Shown one piece after another: positions 24,998-39,819 of a DNA stretch of 64,000 bases. How positions within the stretch are numbered: position 1 is the stretch's first letter; each line of letters opens with the position of its first letter. A program made the translations under genes and the position numbers. The stretch comes from the human T2T-CHM13v2.0 reference genome, Homo sapiens: the NCBI RefSeq assembly GCF_009914755.1, contig NC_060925.1; one strand, written 5' to 3'. The notes beneath the pieces were generated by a model. It did not search any database, had not been told where the DNA came from, and saw nothing but the letters and a program-made list of their open reading frames with translations.

Positions 24998-26089
24998 GAC
25001 TGTACATATAAATTGATAGAATAAAGATAAAAATTATTTAAAATATCCTTTTCCTTCTGTAGCTCTCAGATGTCAAGAACATAAAGGAGAAAGTTGTAAT
25101 GAAAACTAAATAATATTTGAAATAAACCGGTTTCCTGTTACATGTTTTCTAATCAGGAGTGAAATTTATTTCTACACAGTTTAAAAATATCATCTTCAGT
25201 TCACACTGTTCTTTTGAAGCATTAATCCAACATTTAGTATACTGAAGTAGAATAGAAGCAAGCCATTTTAACCCTGCAGTGCATAGGGGACTAATTTATG
25301 GCGCTATCAAATACTTTGAGCAACATTTGGTGCAATAAAACACTTTTAGAAGTACTAATGGGGATTAAATATTGAAATAAGGCTCACAAGATTTAATGTG
25401 TTATTTAAAAATTCTTCACGCAGAGTATTTTATAAGATTATGCAATATACTAATTACTCAAACCAAGTTCCTAAATATATAAGTTCCTTAAAATATTGCT
25501 TCTTCACATGAGTTTAGCTTGATCTAAGAGCATACACAAACTAAAGTAATACGGTCTTCATATTTTCTCTTTTGATTGGTACAACAATCATATGGAAATA
25601 TAGTGTTATCCCTATCTTATTGTTTCACAATAAGAAAATTGATGTTCAAAGAGTTTAAAAATAGTTACCACTTAATGCACATTTACTATACAACAAGCAA
25701 CTTATATTCTAAACATACATCATCTCACATAATTCTTATAAGATTCCTATGAATTATATATTAAACCACCATTTAATAGATTAGAAACCAGACTTAAAGA
25801 GAGTGAATATTTTGATCAAAGAAGCACACCTGGGTTATATTTAAACCAGAGCTTGGCAATTTAACCACAGTGTTTTGAATATCAAAAATATATACCTTCT
25901 TTTTTAAAACTAGACATTGGTCTAATAACTCAGGTCATACAGAAAAACAAAATAACATTTTATATTATTTCAGAATTAATAAGTGCATCAGACAAAAATA
26001 TCTACAGGAGATATTTATGGCATGTCCATTATATACATTTATTACAAACATTCAAAAAGAGTTGAGTTCCTGATATGTGCAAATGATAG

Positions 26090-28470
26090 GATTGTGTACC
26101 TATCATAATAATGAGTTTGGCAAGGTCACTGAACATAGGTAAATATAAAAACTGATTAGATTTTAATGCAATAGTAACAAAATTAGCAAATGAAGTTCAA
26201 AAACAATACTAAGTATAATTGCATGAAAACCAACAGGCCAAAAAGCCAGAACACTGACAATACCAAATGCTGGTGAGGATGTGGGGCAACAGGGACTCTC
26301 TTTCATTGCTGATAGGAATGTAAAACGATATAGTCATTTTGGAAGACAATTTTACAGTTTCTTACAAAACTAAACATATCTTACCATACGATCCAGTAAT
26401 TGCGCTCTTTGGTATTTATAAGTTGAAAACTTATGTTCACACAAAAACCTACACACTGATGTTTATAGCAACTTTACTCATAATTGCCAAAACTTGGAAG
26501 CAACCAAGATGTCCTTCAGTAGGTGAATGAATAAATCAACTATGCTATATCTAACCATGGAATATTATTTAGTACTAAGAAGATATGAACCACCAAGCCA
26601 TGAAAGACATGGAGAAATCTTACATGCATATTACTCAGTGAAACAAGCCAATCTGAGGATACATGATTTTTTTATCCCAACTATATGATATTCTAGAAAA
26701 GGTGAAAATACAGAGACAGTGAAAAGATCAGTGATTGCTAGGGGTTAGGATAGAGATAAGGATGAATATGAGGAACATAGAAGATTTTTAGGGAGTGAAG
26801 CTACTCTGTAGGATACTGGAGTAGTGGATACTTGTCGTTGTACAACACCAAGAGTGAACTTTAATGTAAACTATGGACTGTGGGTGATAATGATGTGTCA
26901 ATGTAGGTTCATCAATTGTAACAAATATACCATATACCGCTCTGGTGAGGGATATTGACAATGGGGAAGGCTGTGCGTGTGTAGGAGCAGAGAGTATACT
27001 GGAACTCTCTATACTTTCCACTCAATTTTTCTGTGACTCTAAAATTGCTCTAAAAAAATACAGTCTATTAAGAAGGAAAACCAATGAATATGTTTGAACA
27101 AGTCTAACAAATAGGAGTGAGACCTCTATACAGACAACTAAAAACATTGCTGGGAGAAATCAAGGAATATATTACATTTATGGGCTGGATACTTGATATT
27201 GTTCAGATGCCCATTCTCCTAAATACAAATGAGTAATTTAAATCTCAACAGAATTTTTTATGAAAATTGAAAAACTGTTTCTAAAATTCATATATAATAG
27301 CCAAGGCAATCTTAAAAGAAAAAAAGTTGGAGAACTACTAGATATGAAGACATGTATGAAGTTACAGTAATTAAAACTAAATATTTTGGCCCAAGTATAG
27401 ACAGACAGACAGATCACTGGGGCAGAATAGAAAGTTCAGAAAGAAACCCATCTTCACATATACAGAGACCTGATTCACGACAACGTTACCACTGCAGAAT
27501 GGTAGAAACATTGATTTGTTTCAAGAGGCAAGGTTTTCTAGGTTAATTACACATTCAGGTGGGACAAAAATTTTGACCCCTACCTTATATAACCTCAAAA
27601 AATCTATTCCAGATAGAACATAGACCAAAATTTGAAAAGTAAAATAATAAAGCTTCCTGAATAAACTGTAGGAGGATATCTTCGTGATATCAGGGTTTGC
27701 AAAAATAGTCTAAACAGAACACAAAAAGTATTAAGTATAAAACAATGACTAAATTAGACTCATTAAAATTAAGAAGATCTGCTTATCGACAAATACCATC
27801 AAGAGAATGTGACTGTAAGCCTTAGCCCAGAAGACCATATTTGCTATCATGTATTTGTCAAAGAACTCATATTCAAAATATGGAAGACCTCCTATAAATT
27901 ATTAAGAAAAATACAAACTGTCCAATTAAAACTTGGCAAAAGGCTTCCCAAAAAAGCATATTCATTTGGCAAATAAGCACATGAAAAGATCTCAGTATCA
28001 CTAATGATCAGGAAATGCACTACATGGCTACAAGAATGGCAAAGAATGATAACATCTGGCAAAACTAACAGTTGATAAGGATGTGGAACAACTGAAATCC
28101 TCAAATGTTGCTTGTTGGGACACCCACTTTGGAAAACTTTACAGAATTATTTGCTAAAGCTAAAGATATAACTGCATACACTATGGAAAAATCTCATTGG
28201 CATAGTGCTAAGCAAAAAGAACACAAAAGAGTACCTACTTCATGATTTTATTTGTATGATAGTTTGAGAACAGGCAACATTAATCTATGGTTATAGAGGG
28301 CTACATTGATGCTATTCTGTTTTTATCTTTACAGTGGATGTTCATTAGGGGACTCTGAGATTCTGGAAATATTCTACGACTTTTTTTAAATGAGAGTTAC
28401 ACAGGTGTATATAAATATTAAAAACTCATCAAGCTATACCTTTTATATTTATGCACTATCTTGCATACAT
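26090..28470 (+). mobile_element. Old L1 (L1ME-like) ORF2/3' remnant with a nested L1MC insertion
   Basis: ORF2-like sequence resumes after 27085 (aaggcaatcttaaaag, cattaaaattaagaa, gcacatgaaaagat). Confidence 0.7.
26235..27072 (+). mobile_element. L1MC1/2-like 3' end
   Basis: Diagnostic 3'UTR acaccaagagtgaac...aatgtaaactatggact...gtaggttcatcaattgtaacaaa. Flanked on both sides by gaaaaccaa (possible TSD). Confidence 0.85.
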
Positions 28471-29010
28471 GTTTTATTTTGTTTAAATATTAAAGGATTA
28501 CTTTAAAATATCTAGACCACAAAGTTCATAAGCCATCAAAAAACTGAAGAAAACTTATACAACATAATATTCTTAACATAAATGAGTTTTTATAAATAAA
28601 TAAGGAATTATAGAGTATAAATATGGACACATTGTATGAATAAGGAATTCATAAATGAAATGCAAATGATCAAGACATACGTAAAAAGCTACTCAAACTC
28701 ATTAATGGCCAAATAATTCTAAGTCAGCATTCAACAATATTTTTCACTTAGAGGAATGTCAAGGGTGAAAAAAAAGTGGATAATTTGTAAGGATAGTTAG
28801 TGTTTAAGGAAACAAGTACTTGGCTATATATTTTAATGAGGTTATAAATTTTCACAACCTTTCTGGAGGTAGCCCATTGTTATGCATTAGAGCAATCTCT
28901 GTAATATGTATTAAAATATAAAATGACCATATACTTCAACCCAGCCATTCAACTTCTATGAATTTATTTTTTGGAAATAATTATAATAACATTAATAATA
29001 GTATTATTTA

Positions 29011-29320
<310 letters not shown>

Positions 29321-29353
29321 ATTATTATTTACTGATATAGTTTAGTAATTTTT

Positions 29354-29550
29354 TTCAATATATAGCATATATGTTATCTTCTTAAACTACATGGCCAATT
29401 TTTAGTGTGCGAAAATATAAACCACATAGTCCAGTTAATTATATGTTAATATTATTTCTCAGTTTTCATCTAATACTGTACAGTCCTACTTTAACAATGC
29501 TGTACATTAAAATCCAGCCCCATGCCCAAGAAAGAGAAAATATAGTTTAT
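29354..29550 (+). repeat. Copy 1 of a diverged ~200-bp direct repeat
   Basis: Colinear with 30498-30694. Confidence 0.9.
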
Positions 29551-29569
29551 ATACAGGCATTGTGCTTAG

Positions 29570-29820
29570 CACTTCATCCATTCATTCATTTAACAAATAA
29601 ATATTGAATATCTAATACATGCCAGGTGCTTGAAACACAGTAATGTTTTACATGACATTGCTTCATTTGATCCTTACATTGGCCCTATGGGAAATCAATA
29701 TTATGATCATCATCATCATCATTTTAAAGTTGGGGTGACTACACTTTAGAGATATTAAAATATCTTGCCAGGCCATATAGCTAGTAAGTGAGGAAATGGG
29801 ATATGAATTCACGCAGGTTG
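29570..29820 (-). mobile_element. L2 tail followed by a MIR fragment
   Basis: cattcattcatttaacaaataaatattgaa; atcttgccaggccatatagctagtaagtg. Confidence 0.6.
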
Positions 29821-30497
29821 GCACCAAATAGGATATTAAGGAACTGTGCAATCAGGCAACTGCTCAAATACATATGTACGTATGTATACATCTATGTATA
29901 TGATTGATAGATTGATGGTTGATATATATAAATGGAAATGTAGATATAGACACAGATATATAAATATATGTGGATATATATATAATATTTTCCATAAAAT
30001 AACTGCTAATTGCACTGAAACATTAAAAAAACCTAAATGTTCATTATAGGAGCTTAAGAAATCTCATGGATTGCAACTATACAATTGCATAGAATACAGC
30101 CATTTTAAATGAGAACATATATCTAAATGAGAAGATACATTGACATGAAACGTTGTTTATAACATTTGAAGGAGAAGTATTTATTTTTAGAAGGCTCAGA
30201 GGAAGCATATGTATTGTAATTTTATTTTTGGAAAAATGTATTTATAACTATATCTCTAGCTAAAAATGTACTAAAAATCTGTAGGAGTATAAAAAAGTTA
30301 AATTATATCTATCTCTGAAGATAGAAATATGGAAAATACTTTCTATTTCACAGAGTTCCATATTGTTTAGATTTTTTTATAATGAGCATATATTATATAA
30401 TAATATAAAATACTATTTTTATTTTAATATGCAGGCATTTTAAAGACCACTGTACTAGATATTTCAAGATAATTTCTTATTTCAACTTCTGGTTTTA

Positions 30498-30694
30498 TTC
30501 AATATATAGTATATGATATCTTCTTAAACTATATGGCCCATTTTTAATGTAGTAAATGTAAACATCAGTCCAGTTAATTACATGTCAATACTATTTCTCA
30601 GGTTCCATCTAATACTTCGTAGTTCTACTTTAACAATTCTCTACATGAAAATGCAAACCCCTCAGAAAAGAGACAGAAAGGAAATATAGTTTAT
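30498..30694 (+). repeat. Copy 2 of a diverged ~200-bp direct repeat
   Basis: Shares ttcaatatatag, tatcttcttaaacta, agtccagttaatta, tatttctcag, catctaatact, ctactttaacaat and aaatatagtttat with copy 1. Confidence 0.9.
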
Positions 30695-30758
30695 TACACA
30701 TTGAAATTACTTAAAAACTGATCAGAATAAAGAAGTTTATATTTGAAAGCTTCCCAAA

Positions 30759-31212
30759 TGTAGTAAGTTATATAGTAGATCCCAAAAGATCTATTATCCA
30801 TCTGGAACCTGTAACTATGACTTTAATTTGGAAAAAGGGTCTTTGCAAGTATAATTAAGTTAAGGAACTCAGGGTGAGATCCTCCTGACTGTGAGTGGGC
30901 CCTAAATCCAATGACAAGTGTCCTTATAACAGAGGTAAAGGGGAGAAGATTCAGAGGAGAAGGCCACATGAAGACTGAGGCAAGATTGCAGTTAGGAAGC
31001 AGCAAGTAAAGGAACACTAAGGATTGCCAGTAGCTACCACGAAGAGAGACATGGAATAGATTTGCCCTCAGAGCCTCCAGAAGGAACCAACACCACTGAA
31101 CCCTTAATTTCTGACTTCCAGCTTCCAAAACTGTGAAAAAATAAATTTTACTTTCATTAATCTGCCATCCAGTTGGTGGTAATTTGTTCAGTAGCCCTAG
31201 AAGATGAATACA
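30759..31212 (+). mobile_element. MLT1C-like MaLR solo LTR, 91 bp from the exon-4 donor
   Basis: tg...aataca termini; gggccctaaatccaatgacaagtgtccttataa; cagagcctccagaaggaaccaac. Confidence 0.88.
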
Positions 31213-31297
31213 CGTAGATATTTTAAAATATTATTTGTTTGATGCATTTTTAAGAACAATGTAATTGGATGAAATAAATAACATTCTGAAGTCAGAA

Positions 31298-31303
31298 ACT
31301 TAC
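31298..31303 (-). promoter_or_regulatory. 5' splice donor of USH2A exon 4 (G|GTAAGT)
   Basis: Plus-strand acttac at 31298-31303 is GTAAGT on the minus strand. Confidence 0.95.
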
Positions 31304-31436
31304 CATTTAAACTCTGTCCTATTTGCACAGTACCAGATGCAAAATCTGTAATTGAACCACTTAGAGTTCTTGCATTGAAAGGTGTATGATCCTTCTCCAC
31401 GCCATTGATAAAGAAGCTGATTTTTGTCTGATGCAC
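31304..31436 (-). CDS. USH2A: USH2A (usherin) internal coding exon, exon 4 (c.652-784; Val218 to Gly262 phase 1), N-terminal LamG-like domain
   Basis: Minus strand reads ...aatttcttacag|GTGCATCAG...AGTTTAAATG|gtaagt, with a canonical acceptor and a consensus donor. Length is 133 nt and the translation VHQTKISFFINGVEKDHTPFNARTLSGSITDFASGTVQIGQSLN-G matches usherin as I recall it. The ORF track entry 31197..31436 is this exon read through its donor. Confidence 0.97.
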
Positions 31437-31462
31437 CTGTAAGAAATTACCACCATTATTAG
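31437..31462 (-). promoter_or_regulatory. 3' splice acceptor and likely branch point of USH2A exon 4
   Basis: Minus strand reads CTAAT (31462-31458, branch A at about -23)-aatggtggtaatttcttacag. The pyrimidine tract is short. Confidence 0.8.
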
Positions 31463-32017
31463 TTTAAGTGCATAAACTTTTATTTTATATTAAACACATT
31501 TCAGCAGTTTTTATTAAGTAACTTTCTTTCTTCTTTACTTTGTTCAGCTGGGAAGACTGAAAACATTATTTTAATAGCTCAGTGATATCTCCATGTGTTT
31601 ATCTAGATATAAACCTATATAGTGTCATTTTGTGCTGTGATGATATCTCCCAGGGTGTTCACAGGTATACATAATAGTTTGTCCCATACATGTAACAGCT
31701 CTGGTTGCCATGTTTTACAGGGTTTTTGAGGATATGTTACTTCTTTAAATACAAATTAAATTTGTTATGGCTATATTTGGAAATAGAGCAAAATGAGTAC
31801 AAGGGAAAGAAATAATTAAAACCAGATATAACAACAAAGAATTGCATGTGGATATAATTCAAGTTACTAGGATCAAATATTTCTTGAATTTACTGTCTTG
31901 GGTATTGGTATCCGGTTGGTGATTTTCAGATATACTTTTCCAATGTAGGGTAACAAAAAGTTGCCAATCATATTCTAGACTAATCAATCAAGCAAGTAGC
32001 CTAATAACTGCACATAT

Positions 32018-32261
32018 TAGGGATTAGCAATTTTTTTTTTCTGTAAATAGCTAGAGAATGTTTTTTTCTCTGCAAGTCAAATGGTTTGGTTTTATGGGCC
32101 AAATGGTTACTGTCACAACTGCCCAACTCTAATGCTGTAATGCAAAAGCATCCACAGACAATATATAAACAAATGGGCATGGCTGTGTCCAAATAAAACT
32201 TTATTTATAAAAACAGGTGGCCAGCCAATTTGACCCACAGGTTGTAGCTTGATAACTCTTG
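32018..32261 (+). mobile_element. MER58A-like hAT DNA transposon
   Basis: aaacaaatgggcatggctgtgtccaaataaaactttattt core and degenerate TIRs. Confidence 0.85.
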
Positions 32262-32646
32262 GATTACATGATTAAAAAGCTATGGGATTTTTGTTTATGC
32301 GACTGGAGCCCAGAATAGCCAATGCTATCAAACTTTTATGGAAAACACCCATAGATACCTGCACAAAATTTTTAATTGCATACACTTCTAAATAAACTAA
32401 TCAGCTGTTTGGACATCAACTTCATCTCTGCAAATAGTCTTTTTGTTCAAGTGCTTTTAGCTTAAATGAAAAAGGAATAATTGGTACTCTAATTAGTGAA
32501 GGAGCTGAAATGGCAAATAAAAGGCTCTGGAAAGGGGAGGGGTTGAGAGAGGGGAGGAAAGAGTGAGATTTAAGGTCATGCAAAGGAAAGGTTGGATGTT
32601 AACATTTTAATTAAAATGATAGCAAAACATTCAACATGCTATTCTG

Positions 32647-32815
32647 CTATGGACTTTGAGTGGTAATGATGTATCAGTGTAGGTCCGGCAATTGTAACAA
32701 ATATACCACTCTGGTGCAGGGCTTTAATAGAGGGGGAGGCTGTGGGTACATGGGGGTACAGCATGTTTGGGAGATCTCTGAAATTTCCACTCAGTTTTGC
32801 TGTGAGCCTGAAACT
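32647..32815 (+). mobile_element. L1MC 3'UTR fragment
   Basis: Homologous to 26870-27050 (ctatggact...caattgtaacaaatatacca). Confidence 0.8.
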
Positions 32816-35800
32816 GGTTATACTTTTAATGCTTTTATGTTAAAAAGACTTGCAATAATTAATGAAGATAAACATTTATTCTCAAACATCTTAAAATCAT
32901 GTGTACTATTGCCTTAAAAATCTTTTTCAATGTCCCCCCCCAAAAAAACAAGCAAAACACAACAAAACAAAAAAAACAGGAAGTTACTACAATAATTACT
33001 TGGTAATACGGATTATTTCAAGAAGTTACCCACAATGGCTTTTCTCCATTCTAACCACCCTACTTTCATTTAAACTATGTTCTTTCTTAAATCCATTGAT
33101 CTAGTGTTGCATTTGATTTAATTTTAAAACAAAGCTTTAATATACCTCAAATCATATACCAAGTCCTCAAGGGCCTGGATATATTCCGCTTTGTTGGGTA
33201 GTAGGGCTGCATTTTTTTTGCATCCCATTTTTTACAGCCTGTTACTGTCATTTGGTGTTTGACTGTTATCATTATAAAAGATACAGGCTTTTCTACTTTG
33301 TTATTTGTAGCATTATCTCATGTTTTACAACATCTTTGCACAACATGCAGGCACATGAAATATAACTAGTGAAAAGTTCTCAGTGGTATTAATGCATAAA
33401 AAAGAATGTGGTTCCATCTCTACTGTCTTTACCCAGCCAAAAGCTGATGAACAGCCAATTTTCCTTTATCACATTAGCACAGCCATGAGGGAAACACATT
33501 TGTTCTAGTCAGCTACACTAAAGATACTATTACCAATCTAACATATACATGTTTTATATCAGCAGTATTCTCAGAGCATGAGAGAGCCAACAATATATTA
33601 ACACTAGCATGACAGTTTATTTAAGAAAAGAAAATTGTCTCTGTAGAGGGACAGAAGTTAGAAATGTATGGCTAAAGCTCAGTGTCACTGGTCTAATAAA
33701 GGTAATAATTCTTAGGCTTTCTTTATAGCAGGTAACACTCCCGTGACACTTCTGTCATATCATTCAAATAAAAATGTTGTCTTTTACAAGTTTAAGTGCA
33801 CCTTTATTTTGAGTCAGATAGAAAGCATGTTTTTGATTTTCTGTATTCACTGTATTATATCTGTTGTCAAGAGTTCAGGACCTTCTTTTTTATCAACTCA
33901 TCACATATTTGCTTAGTAGAAGAATTCAGTGTCACTTGCAGTGAATTCCAGAAGGATATTTTCACTTTATAGGTACTTAAATAATGATTAATGATGATCC
34001 CAAGCCACTCTCTTCCATTGCCCCCTCCACTACCAACCACCTTTCCATACATAAGATTAAATCTTCCTTGGTTTTTCTGCACCATGTTTTATGTTCCAAG
34101 ATTCTCTAAACTATTTTACAATTCTGATCTGGGGCCCCATCACCCTGAAGCTGTAAAGACTGAGGTGGATTTTTGCCATAGCTCATTCCGATGGTCCCCT
34201 TGCCAGTTATTTAAGGGAATACATACAATGGAATTTCTGATTTGTGAAAAGAAAGCCTTCTGCTAAAATAAACTTTGCACCTATCTCATTCTCTAGCCCT
34301 ATGAGGACAAGAGGAGCTCGTGCATGTTTATTGGTGTGTCTTGAATGAATGAATTGACAAAAGCAGTAGCAGTTGTAGAAAAGCCTTTAAATCCCCTTCA
34401 TAAGAGATCCGAAAACACTTTGGAAAGAAGATACAGAGAAGGTCATGCTCAAATCTTCATTCTCTTCAGTTTCATATTTTATTTTAACCACTTTTTTGGT
34501 CACATTTGTGTCCCTGTGATAGATTGTACTCATCCCTTTGAGTACAAGAGTACACTAGATTTTTTTTTTTTTAAGTAGAATTCTTGACACTATCCACCCA
34601 TTCTCATGCTAGATTAGTGAGAAGTATAATTCAAAAGTCCAGAAAGTTACACAATATCTCAGTACCTAGCAAGGGGAAAATAGAATCGAGTCCACCTAGA
34701 TTATAGTAATTTTCCACAATCACCTGTGCCACTGAAATGCCAGATCTTTGCTGCTATTTTACTCCTGCTGGCCATCAGAACTAAAAGAAACTGCTGACTC
34801 AGGCTGGGAAATAGAGAGACAGAATACCTGTGCTGAATTTGTTACTGGACAAATGGTAATCCCATTGCCTACATTCTTCTAATTTAAACTGAATTCATAA
34901 AGCATCAACTCGGTACCCACAGTGGCCCTATGAGCTACACCAACAAGAGTTAAGTCATGATCCTTTCTCTCAAGGAGCTTGTATGTATGATGACAACAAA
35001 ATACATTTTAATATGCTAGATAGTGTTTGAATCACTATAAATGATGATGGTTGTTTCTAACTTAAATACTGAATCTTAATGCAGTCAAGAAGGATTATCT
35101 TTTCCAAGGAGTTGCTTTGAGAAATTATGTCTTAATTTGTTAATATATGTGGTGTATAACGTATTTTTGGACCTTCTCTGTGTGACTTGCTTTCCCAGAA
35201 CCAACTTAGAAGCTTCCCAGGAAGAGCAGTTTTATTAATTTGGAGGGCCTCATTTAAAGCAAAACCATTTTATGCATTCAGAATAACACCTTTCTAATAG
35301 ATTAACATTAAGCGATTTGACAACGTATCTTAAATTTAAATTTCCCCTTAAAAGATCATGATGGATGATACAAATATAAGGAACATCATTTTGAATGCTA
35401 AGAAATTCAAACAAAAAGAAAACCACTGTAATATGAATCAGAAGAGAAAACTTTATGGAGGAGAAAAGTCTTGGACTTTCTGAAATAGAAATTGCCCTGA
35501 AATAGAAATTTCTATTTCTAAGTGAAAGAAGGATTTGCATAAAAAGATTCCACTATTCCATCCATAATTTTTAAGCTAAAGTAAGGCAATGTATCCTGAA
35601 AACTCTATAAGTTTATTTTAAAAATCACATGTATGTTGTATTCCCCTACCTACGAACACGTGGAATCCCCACACATCCCATCCTATTGCTTACCATCCTA
35701 AACCTAAGGCCTTCTGAGATTTTTCCTCACTCATCTCACCCAATTTATTTCTAACCTTCACCAACAGCCGACCTCCAATCTAACTGGTAAAGTCTCCTCA

Positions 35801-35981
35801 CTGTCTGACGATCACACACCACTTAATCTCATGATGTGTTCAAGCTATTTCCATATAGGCACTTAACTAAATTTTTAGTATTTTTCAAAACACACATCTC
35901 AAGTCCTCTCTTCTCCAATAATCCTTTGCCACCTACTTTGGCATTACAAAAGTAGTTAACATATATTAAAAAGCTAGTATG

Positions 35982-36354
<373 letters not shown>

Positions 36355-36385
36355 CTAAGGCAGGTTTACCTTTTTCTCCATTTTA

Positions 36386-36736
<351 letters not shown>

Positions 36737-36740
36737 AATA

Positions 36741-37054
36741 GCTTGGTGCGGTGGCTCACGCCTGTATTCCTAGCAGTTTGGGAGGCAGAGGTAAGTGGAT
36801 CACGAGGTAGGTAAAGAGGTAAAGAGTTCAAAACCAGCCTGGCCAAGATGGTGAAACCCTGTCCCTGCTAAAAATACAAAAATTAGCTGGGTATGGTGGC
36901 ACGAGCCTGTAATCCGGGCTACTCGGGAGGCTGAAGCAGAGAGTTGCTAAACCCGGGAGGCGGAGGTTGTGGTGAGCCGAGATCGCGCCACTGCACTCCA
37001 GCTTGGGGAACAGAGCCAGACTCTGTCTCAAAAAAAAAAAAAAAAAAAAAAAAA
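36741..37054 (+). mobile_element. AluS inserted at the tail of the preceding Alu
   Basis: Dimeric Alu with a local aggtaaag duplication near the B box. Confidence 0.9.
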
Positions 37055-37499
37055 TACTCAAGGTGCTATAGAAGCGTGACTGGTGGTTTCAGAGACAGTT
37101 TTAAATGGCAAATTTAATTAATAAGTTGCAGTCAGTTAGGGTTTTGAAGTAACAGTCAGTTTGTCAAATCCATCCATTTAGCATCTCTTCTATACCTCTA
37201 CCCAGTGATGATTCAGGATTGGTGTCACCACCTCCCACAATAGGAAAGGTGACATCCCCTGTGTACTATAACCACTTACTTACTACATGCCCCTCATTGT
37301 GCTGAACATTTTCCCTATATCATCCCACTGCCTTCCCAGATCGCTGCTTCACAATGGTGTTGTCCCCACTTTGCAAAGGAGGACACTCAGGCTAAACTGT
37401 GCTAGTATTCTGCCTCTGCAGATTTTGGGAACGCCTTTCTCTCTGAACAGCTTTTACTATTATATGTAATTATTATAAATGATTGAACCCAAAGGTATC

Positions 37500-38110
37500 T
37501 CCTTATAACTTCAGTTCACAAGTTCCAGTTCTAATTATTGAGACTGCACCAAACAAATTTAATCCCTTTTCCATGTGAGAGCTTACATAAATGTAAAGAA
37601 GGATGTCATTCCTCTCCTAAGTCTTCTTCAGGATAAATGTGTTTAGTTTCTGTGATGTTCTAAATATGACATAGTTTTTAGTGTCTCTCTTCTTAAAATG
37701 TGGCTCCAGAAATACTACAATCTCTAGATGTGGTCTGACCTGTCAAACTGGTACAGGATTGTCACCTTAATACAATTCAAAATTGCAGGCTAGATTTTTG
37801 GCAATGACATCATGCAGCTAAAACTGATAAATTAAGTTGAGCTGACTATTAACTAAAATACTGTCTTTTTTTTCCTGCTTACATCAACAGCTAATTCACA
37901 TCTACTCAATGCTATACATGTACAGTTGGCTTTGTGGACCCAAAGGTAGGCATTTATATTTATCTATGTTATATTTCATCTTGTTAGATTCAGCCTATTG
38001 CTCCGAGCTGTCAAAATCTTTTTGGATGCTATGTCTGTCATGCAGTGCCTTTACCATCCCTCTAACATTTATGTCATTTGCAAATTTGATGAGCATGCTT
38101 TACCTGCTGG
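37500..38110 (-). mobile_element. L3/CR1 LINE RT remnant
   Basis: Minus strand catgctcatcaaatttgcaaatgac translates to MLIKFAND, resembling the CR1 RT motif LIKFADD. Confidence 0.75.
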
Positions 38111-39819
38111 ACAGAAGCTTAATAAACACTAACTGATTGATCAACTAATTGATACCCCGAAAATGAAAACAACAACATGAACTATGTGATGTTACAACTC
38201 TAAGCAATAAAGAAAAGGCACCGTTTTCTAACAAAATGTGTCATACTGTGATTCTTCACATAACTTTTCAGAGTGGCCTTGTTTACTGACATGAATTTTT
38301 ATATAATTATAAATGCTCCAGTTTATTAAATATTCTCTATTGAGTGACGTTTATACAAACAATATGAATAAGTACTTGAGGAAATTATTCAGGGATAGTT
38401 GCTTTGGCAGAAATTAACCAGGTGGGTGGCCCACAAATATTTGTAATGTTTGGAATGTGTGTGTGCACCTGCTACTAGTTTGACTGAATAACTGCTTAAA
38501 TTTTATTTGTTTTGACTATGTTAAAGGTGCTATGGAAAAATGAATTCATACACAGGTATGCCCCTCAAAGATTTTTTCTTGGTTTTGTTTCTGTTTTGCA
38601 TTTTCCATGAGCTCCTGGTGTTTTATTTCAACACATTTTCCCTCTGTCCACTTCTCTCCATTCCCACACCTTCACACACCCCAAACCAACATATACACTC
38701 ACTTTCATTTTTTCCTCTCTGAGTAACTCAGACAAGCCAAGCCAGGCTCTTGAAGCAATCTACAGAAAAAGCCTACGTGTATTACATTTGTGCCCTGGGT
38801 ATGATTCTCTGGATTTGCTGTTCTCCCCTCATCTCTATTAAAGCTCTTCATATACTGCAACCTCCACCAAACAAGTCTCCATTTAATTGATCTTTAAAAA
38901 TTTAACATAGGAATGCAAGTAGATTTTTTTTTGTCCTATCTTGACTGGATGTGAAACTCTCATGGCCTCTTCTTCCTACACATTTAGATTACTCTCTTCT
39001 CTCTACTGCCAAAAAAAAGCTATTAATTTACACATATACATGATGGAAAATCTGCCAACAGTCTGATTTATTGAATTCCTAAGGAATAGGGAGAGTTCCA
39101 GCTGGTTTTTTGTAGATACTGCTTAAAGAGGTGTCATGTACACTTCTACATTTAAGAAAGCTTTTGGTGCACACTTCATCACAATATTAGATACTCTTAA
39201 TTATTTCAATATATCATTGTGCCTTTTTCTATTTTACTCATGGAGAACAGATGATTTCCAAAAGATTATCAAGTTAGCTGTAAAATACCTTAGAAAACTT
39301 TTTCAGCATGTTACATCCCAATGAGCTAGAAGTTACTTGTTATAACTACAATGTCCTCTCCTTAAAAGTGAGTCAACCTCTTTTGTCTCCCATGTTTATA
39401 AAGAAAACTGCTCTTCATACTCTCACTAAAATCCAATCACTTGTTTGAAAATGGTCCTGTTGTTTGAATATGAAACAAGCACATTATGATATGCTAAGTG
39501 TGATGCTACATATACTACACATAAGGGGTATATAAAGCACAGACCTTTTCTTCAAGGAATTTACAATCTGTAATAGAAATGGCGTATAAAATACTTTCAA
39601 TGAAAGGAGGCAATATAATAAATAAATATGAATAAAGTGGTTAGGAACAAAGATGAGAACGTGAAAATATCTTGGAAGTCTCCTCCACCAAATATTTCCC
39701 TGTTACTCTTCTTCTCTCTATTGAGGTGTTCCTCAAGTAAGTTGTTTGTACTTCCTCTGTCCATTTTCTCTTTTCCCATTCTATCTGTAATGCAGCTCAA
39801 TCAGTAGTTTCTGTTTTTT

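Noticed and set aside
31197-31303. C-terminal part of the 79-aa ORF (KFLTSECY...)
   Set aside because: Read-through past the GTAAGT donor into intron 4; not usherin sequence.
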